The position numbers and the translations under genes are program-made. Below are positions 27,285 through 40,924 of a DNA stretch of 64,000 nucleotides, piece by piece. How positions within the stretch are numbered: position 1 is the stretch's first letter; every line of letters begins with the position of its first letter. Source of the stretch: Octopus vulgaris (Eukaryota); contig OX597818.1 of NCBI GenBank assembly GCA_951406725.2, positions 98,394,001 through 98,458,000 on the forward strand, written 5' to 3'. The notes beneath the pieces were generated by a model. That model had not been told where the DNA came from. It saw nothing but the letters and a program-made list of their open reading frames with translations, and did not search any database.

Positions 27285-27492
27285 TCAGTGTTACACCATC
27301 GACCAGGCCACAGGATGTTATATGCCGCTGGTCACAATTTTGTTTTGACTGCACCATTTCATCTTAACCCAAATTGCACCATTTCCATCTTAACCCAAAT
27401 TGCTTCACCAAATCGTCGTGGAGGCCTTCCAAGTGGCCTTCTCCGATCTCTTGGGTAACACTCGGCAACTGCACAGGTCCACCTGTTGTCTG
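27285..27492 (-). mobile_element. RTE LINE 3' fragment (decayed)
   Basis: SDNRWTCAVAECYPRDRRRPLGRPPRRF, homologous to 15007-15412. Confidence 0.8.
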
Positions 27493-27719
27493 AGACTTGT
27501 TTTCTATGTACAGTCGCAGTTATGAAAGAGTGTGCATGGAGAACTAGAATGCAAGGTTTGACGTCAGGGACCTTCATCTCCGGCTCTGGAATGCTATATT
27601 ACTTCAAGCACCACCTGAAAAGCAAGATAAGGCAGGAAAGAAGGCATCTGTCGAAAAGAGCATATGAGGAAAGATGGAAGGATGTAGTAAGGAAGTTGGG
27701 AGTGAATGTCTCTACTTAA
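27493..27719 (+). mobile_element. Tx1/L1-like ORF2 C-terminal fragment
   Basis: FLCTVAVMKECAWRTRMQGL...FKHHLKSKIRQERRHLSKRAYEERW, the K..IW..R ... W pattern of L1/Tx1 ORF2 ends. Confidence 0.65.
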
Positions 27720-28219
27720 CTCATCCAGGCTAAAAAGAAAAGGTGTAGCCGTTGGAAGTTAAAAAAAAAGTTGGAACTTAAAGTAATATCAAAATTTTAA
27801 AAAAAATATTATATGTCATTTTAATATATTTTTATAAAAAAAACTCGCTAAATAACCCTTTTAAATGTTTGTAGTGTCCTGTGTTGTCTCTTCTATGTTC
27901 GATTGTATAATTGTAATAAAGAGAATTGTTGTCTGTGAACGTTGCAACATGTCCGGCAACAGTGGAACTTGTGCTATCGGTACACAGGTATAGAAATGGA
28001 GAAAGGGAAACTTTCATACAAACTGCAAATCCAAGGGTACTTTATTTGTCGTGGAGTTTAATAGTGTAGGAATGGAGGTTATGATATTTCATTTATTCTT
28101 CCATTACGGTCGTTTCAACAATACACAGTTCAGATTACATCATGAAAATTAATAAAAATGAATGTATATGATTGTGTAATATTACACAGCCTTTTATATA
28201 TTGCTAAATTAAATAGTTT

Positions 28220-28625
28220 CACCCCCTCTGCTGGGAGCTTTTCGTCTGCTAATGATGTACTTGTGGGCTTTTTAACGCTATACATCTATTCGAAATGATT
28301 TCCGCAATATTGAATCTTTCTATGGTATATCCAAATTAAGTAAGATATACAGATATTTGAAACTAATTCTGTTTCTGTCGCTAATAGCGATTTTTCACCC
28401 AGCCAGCTGGATATCTACGACGCCAGTGATTTGTTGATGGCTGCTTTTCTGTTTCAGTAGAGGCTAAATTTATCTAAGCATGTAGTTGCTAGTAGGTACT
28501 AGCTACTGATGATACGCAAGGACGTAGAAATTCAGACTAACCCTCACTGCTGGATGCTTTTCATCTTTTACTGATATAATTTTGTGTTTTTAGCACTATA
28601 CGTCTGAAGAATACCGCAATTTTGA
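28220..28625 (+). repeat. Diverged tandem pLTR-like repeat with hammerhead-like core at 28506-28533
   Basis: 28225-28290 resembles 28545-28605. CTGATGA-TACG(CAAGGA)CGTA-GAAA-TTC. Confidence 0.5.
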
Positions 28626-28729
28626 TATACATACATAAATTCACACACATACATACACACATATATGCACACTTACATACATGCACACATACATACATAT
28701 ATACATACATACAAAAAAACTGGCACAAC

Positions 28730-28905
28730 GTCGGTTACGACGATGAAGGTTCCAGTTACCCTGATTAATAAAACATTCTGGTCATGAAATTAACGTGCAA
28801 GTCGCTGAGCACTCCACTGACACGTGTACTCCTTTACGTAGTTCTCATGGAAAATCAGGATGCTACAAAATATGACAAGGCTGACCCTTTGAAGTACAGG
28901 TCCAA
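28730..28905 (+). repeat. Unclassified dispersed repeat
   Basis: GCTGAGCACTCCACTGACACGTGTA...GACAAGGCTG block. Reverse copies at about 17210-17362 and 52930-53025. Confidence 0.6.
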
Positions 28906-28931
28906 CACATTCTTGCTAGTTAAGTGGCCTC

Positions 28932-29472
<541 letters not shown>

Positions 29473-29519
29473 TGTATGTGTGTATGTATGTGTGTATGTA
29501 TGTATATATATATATATAT

Positions 29520-29731
29520 AAAATTATAAATTAGAGTATCTACGAGATACCACCATGCTGAAAATAGCAGCCATGATCTGACTCTAAAACCAGTAATTTT
29601 TTACTAGTTTCATCTTGTCTCTTTGTTTTCACTTCGTGTTGATATATGGACAATTAAGGTGGTTTTAGAGTCAGATCATAGCTGCTATTTTCAGCATAGT
29701 GGTATCTCGTAGATACCCTAATTTATAATTT
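29520..29731. repeat. Near-perfect 73-bp-arm inverted repeat
   Basis: 29520-29592 vs 29659-29731, about 3 mismatches, 66-bp spacer. Confidence 0.9.
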
Positions 29732-30249
29732 TAATAATTATTACCTTTGAAGGTTATTTTTTCCATGCTGACCACTTGATAAAATCGTTATTTTATTATT
29801 AAATCAACGATCTTATCCTTATTCATATAAATATATATTGATATATATATATATATATATGCATACATACATACATACATATATGCATACATGTGTGTAT
29901 CTGTTAGTGTTCATAAGTATGCATGTAATTGTGTGTGCATGTATGCATGTAAATATATGTACGTATGCTTGTGGATGTACCTCTCTTTGTCTATATATGT
30001 AAATGCATAGTGTATGAACGAATGAATCGTTGTATGTGTATTCGTGTGTATGTGCGTGTTACACGCATACATGCCTATACATACATTAATGTCTCTTGTT
30101 AGAAGTGCTAACAATACTTTCCACTTACATTGTATTTCAGTGAATATGTAGCAGTGTTTCTCTGGAAGTTGTTATTGGTTTTTTTCTCGATCTGTATTTC
30201 TGATTACACAAAACTGAAATCAAAACAGAATGAAAGAACGAACCTCAGG

Positions 30250-30660
30250 TTAGTTAAAATATGTTTGCTACATATTTCAACTTCTAAAAGCAAATTTATT
30301 GCAGTTATTGTGGAGAAAGAAAATACTCTCTTTATATCTGCTCAGTACTTCTCTTATGGGATTCCCAGGCGTTTCTAGCCTTTTAGCCTTCATCAATGGG
30401 AAATACCAAAGAGGAGTAACTCTGGACAGATTTAAAGCCGTAACTTAAACTAAAAAAGAGTCAGCAACAGTGACTGAGTTGCGCTCTGAGACCGCCCGGC
30501 CGGTATATAAGCAGCATCATCAGCACCAAGCTGTTTAAGAGTAAACGGATTTTAGGTCAGTTAAAATATGTTGGTAATATTTTTCAACTTCTAAAGGCAA
30601 ATTCACTGCAGTTACCATAGAAAAAAAATTCTCGCTTATTGTAAAAGGTGTAGAGACACT
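30250..30660 (-). mobile_element. Partial tandem pLTR-like repeat with degenerate hammerhead motif (30365-30399)
   Basis: 30250-30330 repeats at 30558-30635. Reverse strand reads CCA-TTGATGA-AGGCTAAAAGGCTA-GAAAC-GCC-TGG. Confidence 0.55.
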
Positions 30661-31656
30661 TCATCATTTAGTTACAGAGACTCCATTGTTTAATTAAATC
30701 TGGGTATTTAAAAATCAAAATAAAATAAAAATGTCAACATTTTATACGTTATACATTGTAGGCGTAGGAGTGGCTATAAAACGCTCTATAAAATTTTTAA
30801 TTAGTTTTTAAACCTTAACACAAATCACATATTTCGTATGAATCAGTTCACATTTAAACCATACGAAAAATCGCCATTTTCTATTGTCGTATACATACAT
30901 ATAAACATACATACATACATACATACATACATACATACATACATACATACATACATACATACATACAGACGTACGTACATATATTTGTATATGTGCATAT
31001 GTATTTGTGTGTGTGTGTATGTATGTATATTCATTATTATTTTTGCATATGTATTTCCACAGCCTTATATAAACGATGTTATTTGTATTATCGTTACAGT
31101 CACCATTATCAAAATAGTGTCCGGAACTCCGGAATCCAGGGGAGCATTAACACTGGCGATGCTCAATGCTACACATACACACACACAAAGAGAGAGACAG
31201 AGAGGTGTATATATACATAGGCAAATGCACACATATATAAATATGTGTGTGTGTGTGTGTTCGCTATGTGGTGATTTCAAACTATTTTAAATTAACTTAA
31301 TCAAAAACATTCATGTTGTCCTGATCGTTTCTGCCAGTAAGTCTGTACATAGATGTTAGTAAGGTAATTGATATATGTATGTCAAGCTGTGTAAGAGTGT
31401 ATTTGAACCCCTCCAGTTGACATCTATTAGATTATTTCACCACCGTGAGCACATGTGGATGTTTAAACATCGTGCTTAAGGAATTTTTAAAACTAAACCA
31501 TGTAATTTGTAACATACAAGATATACGCTTCTTTATGTATTTTCCTTTACTTTCGTTTGTGTCCGTTCACATACACCTATTTATGTATGTACATATCTAT
31601 GTATGTGTAGGAATATGTGTGTGCTTCTCTGTGTATGCGTGCATACATATGTATAA

Positions 31657-31812
31657 GAGTGGCTGTGTGGTAAATGGCGTGCTTACCAGCCACGTGGTTC
31701 CGGGTTCAGTCCCACTGCATGGCACCTTGGGCAAGTGTCTTCTGCTACAGCCTCGGGCCGACTAAAGCCTTGTGAGTGGATTTGGTGGACGAAAACTGAA
31801 AGAAGCCCGTCA
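31657..31812 (+). mobile_element. SINE-A 5' half
   Basis: Family match. Confidence 0.85.
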
Positions 31813-31968
31813 ACTCTCTCCAGCGCCGCCGCGAGCGGTACATCATTTGAACGATGTAGAGGATGTACCGCCAGCATTGCCAAAACGACCTGAACATTAG
31901 TTCAAATTATATATGTAGCTCAAATTTACTGAGACGAAAAGACGAAGACAGGTTGTTTTATTACTACT

Positions 31969-32030
<62 letters not shown>

Positions 32031-32120
32031 CACAGCTTCAATGGATCACGAAGCTGATAAAGACTGTAAATAATACTACGTAAACATTGTGTTAATGACT
32101 CCTTTTATTCAGAAAAGTTC

Positions 32121-32194
32121 GGATGCTGTCTGTGAGACTTAAACCCACGCCTCCTGTAAATATGACAGGCGTTCTACAATTGAACCAATGCAAT
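32121..32194 (-). pseudogene. tRNA-like sequence (decayed tRNA or SINE head)
   Basis: Reverse strand reads TGGTTCAATTGTAGAACGCCTGTCATATTTACAGGAGGCGTGGGTTTAAGTCTCAC: A- and B-box-like spacing and an anticodon stem CCTGT/ACAGG. Confidence 0.5.
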
Positions 32195-32429
32195 CCTCTG
32201 AATTTCTCTGTCCATTTGTAGAAACTTTACTCTTACCAATAAGAATTGCGTGCTGTTGGCTTTATCTGTCAGTCTGTCTGTCTGTACCTATCTATCTATT
32301 TATCAATCAATCATGAACTAGAAACATCTTAAGAAGATACGAAAGTGCGATATTTTCACTAATTTCAACGTCATGATTAGCGAAACGTGAAAGCGGTCGA
32401 CTATCGTAATATTCTATCCTTTATAATAT

Positions 32430-32769
32430 ACTAGCACTATGACCCGGCGTTGCCGGCTCATAGTGCTAGTGCATGCATATACAGCTGCGTGCGTGCGCAC
32501 ATACACGCGAGTACTGTCCAAATCTCCGACCAATCACATACAGCTAGCTGGCATTCAATTGGCGTATCAAGTTTCGGGCATTTTGATTGGGTTCTGGATA
32601 GAAAATTCACAAAAAAGTCACTTCTATTGATTTTTTAATGGCTTTGCGAGGTGACTGGGCGGTTTTGAATGACCATAGAAAGTGCGAGCCCTCTAACTAA
32701 AAAATTGTGGATTTGTATAAAGGACACACACAGACAGACAGACATTTTGCCGTTTATATATAGAGAGAT
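32430..32769 (+). mobile_element. Helentron/HINE-like element
   Basis: 5' palindrome CTAGCACTATGA-CCCGGCGTTGCCGGC-TCATAGTGCTAG. 3' (CAGA)n...TTTATATATAGAGAGAT. Confidence 0.65.
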
Positions 32770-33141
32770 TAAAAATATATAAATTGCGTGCATTTTCCTT
32801 CTTTTATTATATATTTTTTCACTATAAATATATATGTCTATATGTGTATATATGTATCTCAAGGTGTCGACTAGACTGTTGCTGTTCACAATAGGCTTCG
32901 CATCGTTTTCGCCTTCGAATGATGACACCCCACTGGCTTGGTGAGCAGGCAAACATTGGTCCTGATCGGAAGGTTATTCTGTCGCAGGGTTATCCATTTA
33001 CAGCTGAGTAAACTGGATCTATGTGAATTGAAGTGCTTTGCTCAAGAACCCAACTCGCCGACCGGTCTGGGAATCGAACCCACGAATGCAACACCCTAAA
33101 CACAATGCTACGTGCTTTCACGTATACACACGCTTAGGCAT

Positions 33142-33183
<42 letters not shown>

Positions 33184-33528
33184 ACGTACCAGAGTGTGTG
33201 TGTTTGTGTGTGTTTGTGTGTGTATGTGTGTGTGTATTATACTTGTGTATGTGTATACATATGTGCGTATATAAGTTTATAACTTTCTCGTACAGAAACT
33301 AACATAATTGAGACCTACAGATATATGCACTGTTGTGTGTAGGCGCGCATGCATGAACGTATATACGTTTGAGGGTAGATGAAAATTTGGTACTTATTTA
33401 AAATATTTCGGTTTAACCATATGAATGTAAAAGGCAAGTTCTCGAAAGGAATATGCATGTATGATGTAAGAAGGTGTATATGTGCGTGCATTTTCTCTCT
33501 GTGTATGTGTGTATGTGTGTGCCAGTGT

Positions 33529-33602
<74 letters not shown>

Positions 33603-34394
33603 GTGTACGTGTAATGTTGAAGATACTTCCACAGCAGTTACGAATGGGGAACAAGATACCTTGGTAGACATAGAACAAGATACCGTTGTTGCAATCACTG
33701 ATGAGTAACAAGAAGTAGCAGAAGCAGTCACTAATAAGCAACAACGCCAATATATTGTTAAAGATGAAGACTTGTGAAGCGGGCTTATTTATATGAAGTC
33801 GAGTCTTTACTTGATGAAGAAACCAAATATCTTCCCCAAGCGATGTACAGCGTTTCCACCAAACCGTCTCTAGGAAAAGTAAAGAAAAAAACTTGTTCAA
33901 GATGGAGAAGAAATTTTAACAGCCACAACAGCGAGAATTAGGATGGTAGCAGCACTTCATACCCAAGAGAAAATGAAGCTAACGAAGTCTACTCGTGCTA
34001 CTGCAAAGAAGACATTATTTACGAAAACAACACAGAACCAAAGAGAAACCAATAGCACCTAACTGCAGTTCTTCCAGCGAAACTAACGCCGAAATGGAGA
34101 AAACGAAAGATGACCCACTAACTCTAAAGAAGAACCAGAACTTAAAATATTATTGAAGATAGTTTAGCCACCATCATTGGCTTGTAGACGCAGGCGTAAC
34201 TGTGTGGTAAGTAGCTTGCTTGGCAGCCACATGGTCCCGGGTCCGGCCCCACTGTGTCTTCTACTATAGCTGCAGGCCGACTAAAGCATTGTGAGTGAAT
34301 TTGGTAGAGACTGAAAACCCATCATATATACATATGTATATACATATAAGTAAATTATATTTACCTATTTTTCTCCCGAGTGTGGTACTTCGAG

Positions 34395-35895
<1,501 letters not shown>

Positions 35896-36619
35896 ATGTA
35901 TGCATATGTTTGTGTGTCTGTGCTTGTCCTCTCACCGTCGCTTGACAACTAATGTTGGTGGGTTTACGTCCCCGTAACTTAGTGGTCCGACAAAAAAAGA
36001 CCGATAGAATAAGTACTAGGCTTACAAAGAATAAGTCCTGGGGTCGATTTGTTCGACTAAACGCGCTACTCCACCATGGCCGCAGTCAAATAACTAAAAC
36101 AAAAGAATATATATTTTTATACATCCTCTAAATAGTCGACTTCTTACACTTCGCCGGGCAACTGAACACAAGAACCTGCTCAATTTTGCTTTCCACAGGT
36201 CTTCAGAAATCCATTTCTTCTTTTAGCCATTCGTTCTCATTGAAAATGTGTCGTATTTTACTTATAGAGTATGTATGCTGTCCACTAGAAATATAACTTC
36301 TAATATTAAAAAGTTTAAAATCTATGAAGGTTACTCTGAGCAAAATATGACAAATTTTCAAAGTAGATTTGTGATTTCAAAAGTCATTTATTGATAGTGA
36401 CTGTTGTAAACTTTTCCGTCGTTTCAAGTGGTTCCCCCATTAAATAAGTTTTCTCTTGGGCCCAACAGATTTCGCACTCCCCTACTTCTACACACACACA
36501 CACACAGAGGCGTGTCAGTATACGTGTGTGCATGTACATATTTACTGCAGAATGTCTTATATGCGGTGCGTCTGAGGAGAAAGATACTTGGTTAAGAGGA
36601 CAAACCTGAAGATTACCGG

Positions 36620-37045
36620 GGATCTTTTCGGTTTGAACGGCAGTTTTTAACATAATTTCTAGGTAACTATAAAATTTTAAACTTCGTATACTGGTAGGAT
36701 GTGTTTATAAAACATCTTTTTCTCTTGGCTTTATTGAGAAAATTCTATAGTTTGTAAGATATTTGTTGTATTTTTTCTTCAATTTCTGCAATTTCAACCA
36801 ATCACTGACGTCTATTGAGGTAAAAAACATTCTGTGCCGTATGAATATGTCCCTCGTTTAAGAAACAGATTGGGTTTATTTACATTTGTGAAGTAAAAAG
36901 ATACCCTTCCCCCCACTCCTAACCCTAACTAACCCTAAACCTAAAACAGATTGAAATGCAATAGATCGATACTAGGGTCATAATTATGGGTGACATTTTC
37001 ATATGACACCGCTAGAAAAAACTGCCGTTCAAACCGAAAAGATCC
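36620..37045. mobile_element. 426-bp TTAGGG-bearing MITE, copy 2
   Basis: Perfect TIR GGATCTTTTCGGTTTGAACGGCAGTTTTT. TSD ATTACCGG (36612-36619) / ATTGCCGG (37046-37053). Confidence 0.92.
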
Positions 37046-37548
37046 ATTGCCGGACTATAAAGGCAATGGCTTCATCTAAGTTAGACCATATATCTTTCTC
37101 TTAATATTGAAAAGTTTTCGTAAAGAAAAAAAACAAAACAAAATTTTTCAAGTAAAAGGAAAATATTCCAAGCCAAATATCCCAAGTAAGAGGCAAAGTT
37201 TGAATGCTTAACGATAAAAAACGGTTCAAGAATAAGGTATTTAAATAATATAGTCTATTCGGTGTATTTTGAAAGCAATACTCATTAGTAGTTACTAAAA
37301 CGTTTCTGTGAAAGACACTGTTGAATGCACAGAAATCACTCTTAGTCACTTAACATTCAACAATTTAACACCTGTTCGTTTTTCGTTGAAAACTATGAAT
37401 GCGAAACTAATGAGCTGATTTCTGTATTTCTTGACGACGGGACATAAAATTGCAAAAGCATTTATTATATATATATAACTATTTTTTTTTTTTATATATC
37501 AAAACCGGTTATGGTGAAATGCTTATACATATAAATGTAGCATATGTA

Positions 37549-37611
<63 letters not shown>

Positions 37612-37622
37612 TATAGATATGT

Positions 37623-37933
37623 GGAGGTGTAATGGCCCAGTGGTTAGGGCAGCGGACTTGCGTTCGTGGGATCGCGGTTTCGATTCCCAGGCCGGCGTTG
37701 TGAGTGTTTATTGATCGAAAACACCTAAAGCTCCACAAGGCTCCAGCAGTGTGTGTGTGTGGGGGGGGGGTGATCCCTGCTGTACTCTTTCGCCACTACT
37801 TTCTCTCAATCTTTCTTCTGTTGGCCTGCTCGCTTAGCCAGCGGGGTGGCGTCATTTAAAGGCTAAAACAATGCGAAGCGCATTGTGACCAGCGATGTGT
37901 AGCAACATCTGATAGCCTGGTCGGTCACAGTGA
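37623..37933 (+). mobile_element. SINE with D-type tRNA head and RTE-derived tail
   Basis: Head as in 47228-47531. Tail TGTGACCAGC...CTGATAGCCTGGTCGGTCACAGTGA aligns with the RTE 3' end at 15007-15070. Confidence 0.85.
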
Positions 37934-37946
37934 TATATATATATGA

Positions 37947-38278
37947 AGGCGCATGGCTCAGTGGTTAGAGCGTCGAGCTTACGATCGTGAGGTTGTGAGC
38001 TCGAATCCCGGACCGGGCTGCGTGGTGTGTTCATGAGCAAGGCACTTTATTTCACGTTGCTCCAGTTCACTCAGCTGTAGAAATGAGCTGCGACGTCACA
38101 GGTGTCAAGCTGTATCGACTTTTGTCTTTCCCTTGGATAACACTGGTGGCGTGGAGAGGGGAGGCCGGTATGCATGGGCGACTGCTGGCCTTCCATAAAC
38201 AACCTTGCCCGGACTTGTGTCTAGGAGGATAACTTTCTAGGTGCAATCCCATGGTCATTCATGACCGAAGGGGGTCTT
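37947..38278 (+). mobile_element. SINE with C-type head and CORE-like body and a distinct tail
   Basis: GGCGCATGGCTCAGTGGTTAGAGCG head, CORE-like block, tail CCCATGGTCATTCATGACCGAAGGGG. Confidence 0.85.
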
Positions 38279-38326
38279 ATATAATATGTACACACATAAA
38301 TATAGCATATCTATATAAATATATGT

Positions 38327-38623
38327 GGAGGCACATGGCCTAGTGGTTAGAGCATCGGACTTGCGGTCGAAGGATCGCGGGTTTGAATCTCAGACCGGGT
38401 GATGTGTGTGTTTATGAGCGAAACATCTAAGCTCCACACGGCTCCGGCAGAAGGTAATGGCAAATTTCTGCTGACTCTTTCGCCACAACTTTCTCTTACT
38501 CTTTCCTCCTGCATCTTGCAGCTCACCTGCGACGGACCGGCGTCCCGTCCAGGTGGGGAACCTATACGCCAAGGAAACCGGGAAACCGGTCCTTATGAGC
38601 CAGGTTTGGCTCGAGGAACAAAC
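38327..38623 (+). mobile_element. SINE-D
   Basis: Near-identical to 12632-12935. Confidence 0.9.
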
Positions 38624-38914
38624 AATATAAATATATATATACACACATGCATATATAGTATATATATGATATATCCTTACACACACACACATATATATTG
38701 CTATAATGCAAAAGTGTCGTAAGAACAAAACGTTTGTTTTTTCAGAAAACGAAAAGATAGTTTCACAATTCCATTAGCAGCAGTTTCAGCGTAACAATAA
38801 TATTTTGTTGGGTGCTGAGAAAACCGCGCGGTGGCGGTGGATTTTGAAAATTTAGAGCATATAGGCTTGAGGCTTCCTTGCTGTCGCCTCGTGGACATAT
38901 TCTCGTCCTAGGCT

Positions 38915-39009
38915 TCTCTGCTGATGAGACACGCCAGTTGTAAGCAAATTTAATTTAATTTAATTAATTTGTTTACCAAAGTTTGTCGAAACGATGCATA
39001 GTCCAGAGA
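38915..39009 (+). ncRNA. Type I hammerhead ribozyme, complete catalytic core
   Basis: Stem I TCTCTG/CAGAGA; CTGATGA 38921-38927; stem II GACA/TGTC extended by GTAAGCAAATT/AATTTGTTTAC; GAAAC 38988-38992; stem III AC..GT around palindromic ATGCAT; GUC triplet 39001-39003. Confidence 0.8.
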
Positions 39010-39134
39010 TGAAAAGGGTAAATGTTTTTATTTCTCTTCCAATTTCAGAATTACAACTATTTAGCAGTTTGAGTTTGGCTGCTCTTTCTAGTGAGTCGAA
39101 TGGCCTATCAGGGCCATTCCTTATATTGTTAAAT

Positions 39135-39170
<36 letters not shown>

Positions 39171-39185
39171 CGTGTGTGTGTGCAA

Positions 39186-39349
39186 GAGTGGCTGTGTGGT
39201 AAGTAGCTTGCTAACCAACCACATGGTTCTGGCTTCAGTCCCACTGCGTGGCACCTTGGGCAAGTGTCTTCTACTATAGCCTCGGGCCGACCAATGCTTT
39301 GTGAGTGGATTTGGTAGACGGAAACTGAAAGAAGCCCGTCGTATATTTG

Positions 39350-39384
<35 letters not shown>

Positions 39385-39600
39385 GAGTGTTTGTGTGTCT
39401 ATGTTTGTCTCCCTAGCATTGCTTGACAACTGATGCTGGTGTGTTTACGTCACTTAGCGGTTCGGCAAAAGAGCCCGATAGAATAAGTACTGGGCTTACA
39501 AAGAATAAGTCCCGGGGTCGATTTGCTCGACTAAAGGCAGTGCTCCAGCATGGCCGCAGTCAAATGACTGAAACAAGTAAAAGAGTATAAGAGTAAAAGA
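39186..39600 (+). mobile_element. SINE-A
   Basis: Family match. Confidence 0.92.
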
Positions 39601-39660
39601 GATGTATGTATGTATGTATGCATGTATGTATGTATGTATGTATGTATGTATGTATGTATG

Positions 39661-39700
<40 letters not shown>

Positions 39701-40580
39701 TATATATATGGATATATGCGTATACATACATACATACATACTTACATACATAACTTAAAACACTTGTTCACTTTCTCCCCTTCGGCTTACACACGGACGC
39801 ACACCCATTAATTAAATGACATCCGCTTCCGGATTAGGATCTCTTATTACTCTACCATATTGAAGCTGGAGTCGTTTCCAGTTTCTCTCTCTCTCTCTCC
39901 AGGTACTTTTAAAACTAAATGGAAACTTCAGGATATAGATTAAAGCAAAAAATATTAAAACGGAAATTAAAATTACAACTTTCTACCTCCATTCTATTTC
40001 TCATCATTTCTAGCGGGTATTTAGAACGCCTTTAGCGACACCAGCTAATCTATAGCATTGACATCGTAAGCCAAATGGGAGGAAAGCTCTCTCTGTTGTT
40101 CCCTCGGTCAACTTGAAATAGAAAGCAATCTAAGCACCTTATCAAATTATGTTGTTTTTAAATGTGGAGGGTAAATGCATCCAAGATGGCGTATTTTTAG
40201 ATGCAGTATGTTTTCAAAAAGGCTGATTAGTTAGAACGCCGTTGATCGTGAGCGTATGCGATTATGAGTGATCTGGTGCTAACCACAACCAACTGCACCA
40301 CCGTCACCGCCGCAACATGATCTTCACCTATATCATTCGTTGCTGATTATATTGCAGCATCGAAAAATATGCCTGTGCGTATCTTTATCTGTCTGTGTGA
40401 CTGCGTGACTGTCTACTCTGTTTATCTGTCTGTCTCTCTGTCTTCTTCTCTCTCTAACTCTTTCTCTCACTCTCTCTTTCTCTCACTCTTGCTTACCCCT
40501 CTCTGTCTCTCTCGCATAACGCGGTGCTCCAGCATAGCCGCAGTCAAATGACTGAAACAAATAAAAGAGTAAAAAAATAT

Positions 40581-40718
40581 ACTGCGTGGCACCTTGGGCA
40601 AGTATCTTCTACTCTAGCCTCGGACCGACCAAAGCCTTGTGAGTAGATTTGGTAGACGGAAACTGAAAGAAGCCCGTCGTATATATGCACACAAACACAT
40701 ACACATATATATATATAC

Positions 40719-40753
<35 letters not shown>

Positions 40754-40924
40754 TGTATGTATGTATGTATGTATGTATGTATGTATATGTTTGTGTGTCT
40801 GTGTTTGTCCGCCCAACATCGCTTGACAACCGATGCTGGTGTGTTTACGTCCCCGTAACTTAGCGGGTCGGTAAAAGAGACCGATAGAATAAGTACTAGG
40901 CTTACAAAGAATAAGTCCTGGGGC
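40581..40924 (+). mobile_element. SINE-A, truncated at both ends, preceded by an isolated tail (40521-40570)
   Basis: Family match. Confidence 0.88.

Noticed and set aside
33610-34150. Acidic, repetitive coding-like stretch (EQDT repeats)
   Set aside because: Multiple stops and no identifiable domain. It may be a decayed LINE ORF1.
38327-38400. SINE heads as functional tRNA genes
   Set aside because: Acceptor stems do not close, and each head continues into a multi-copy body and tail.
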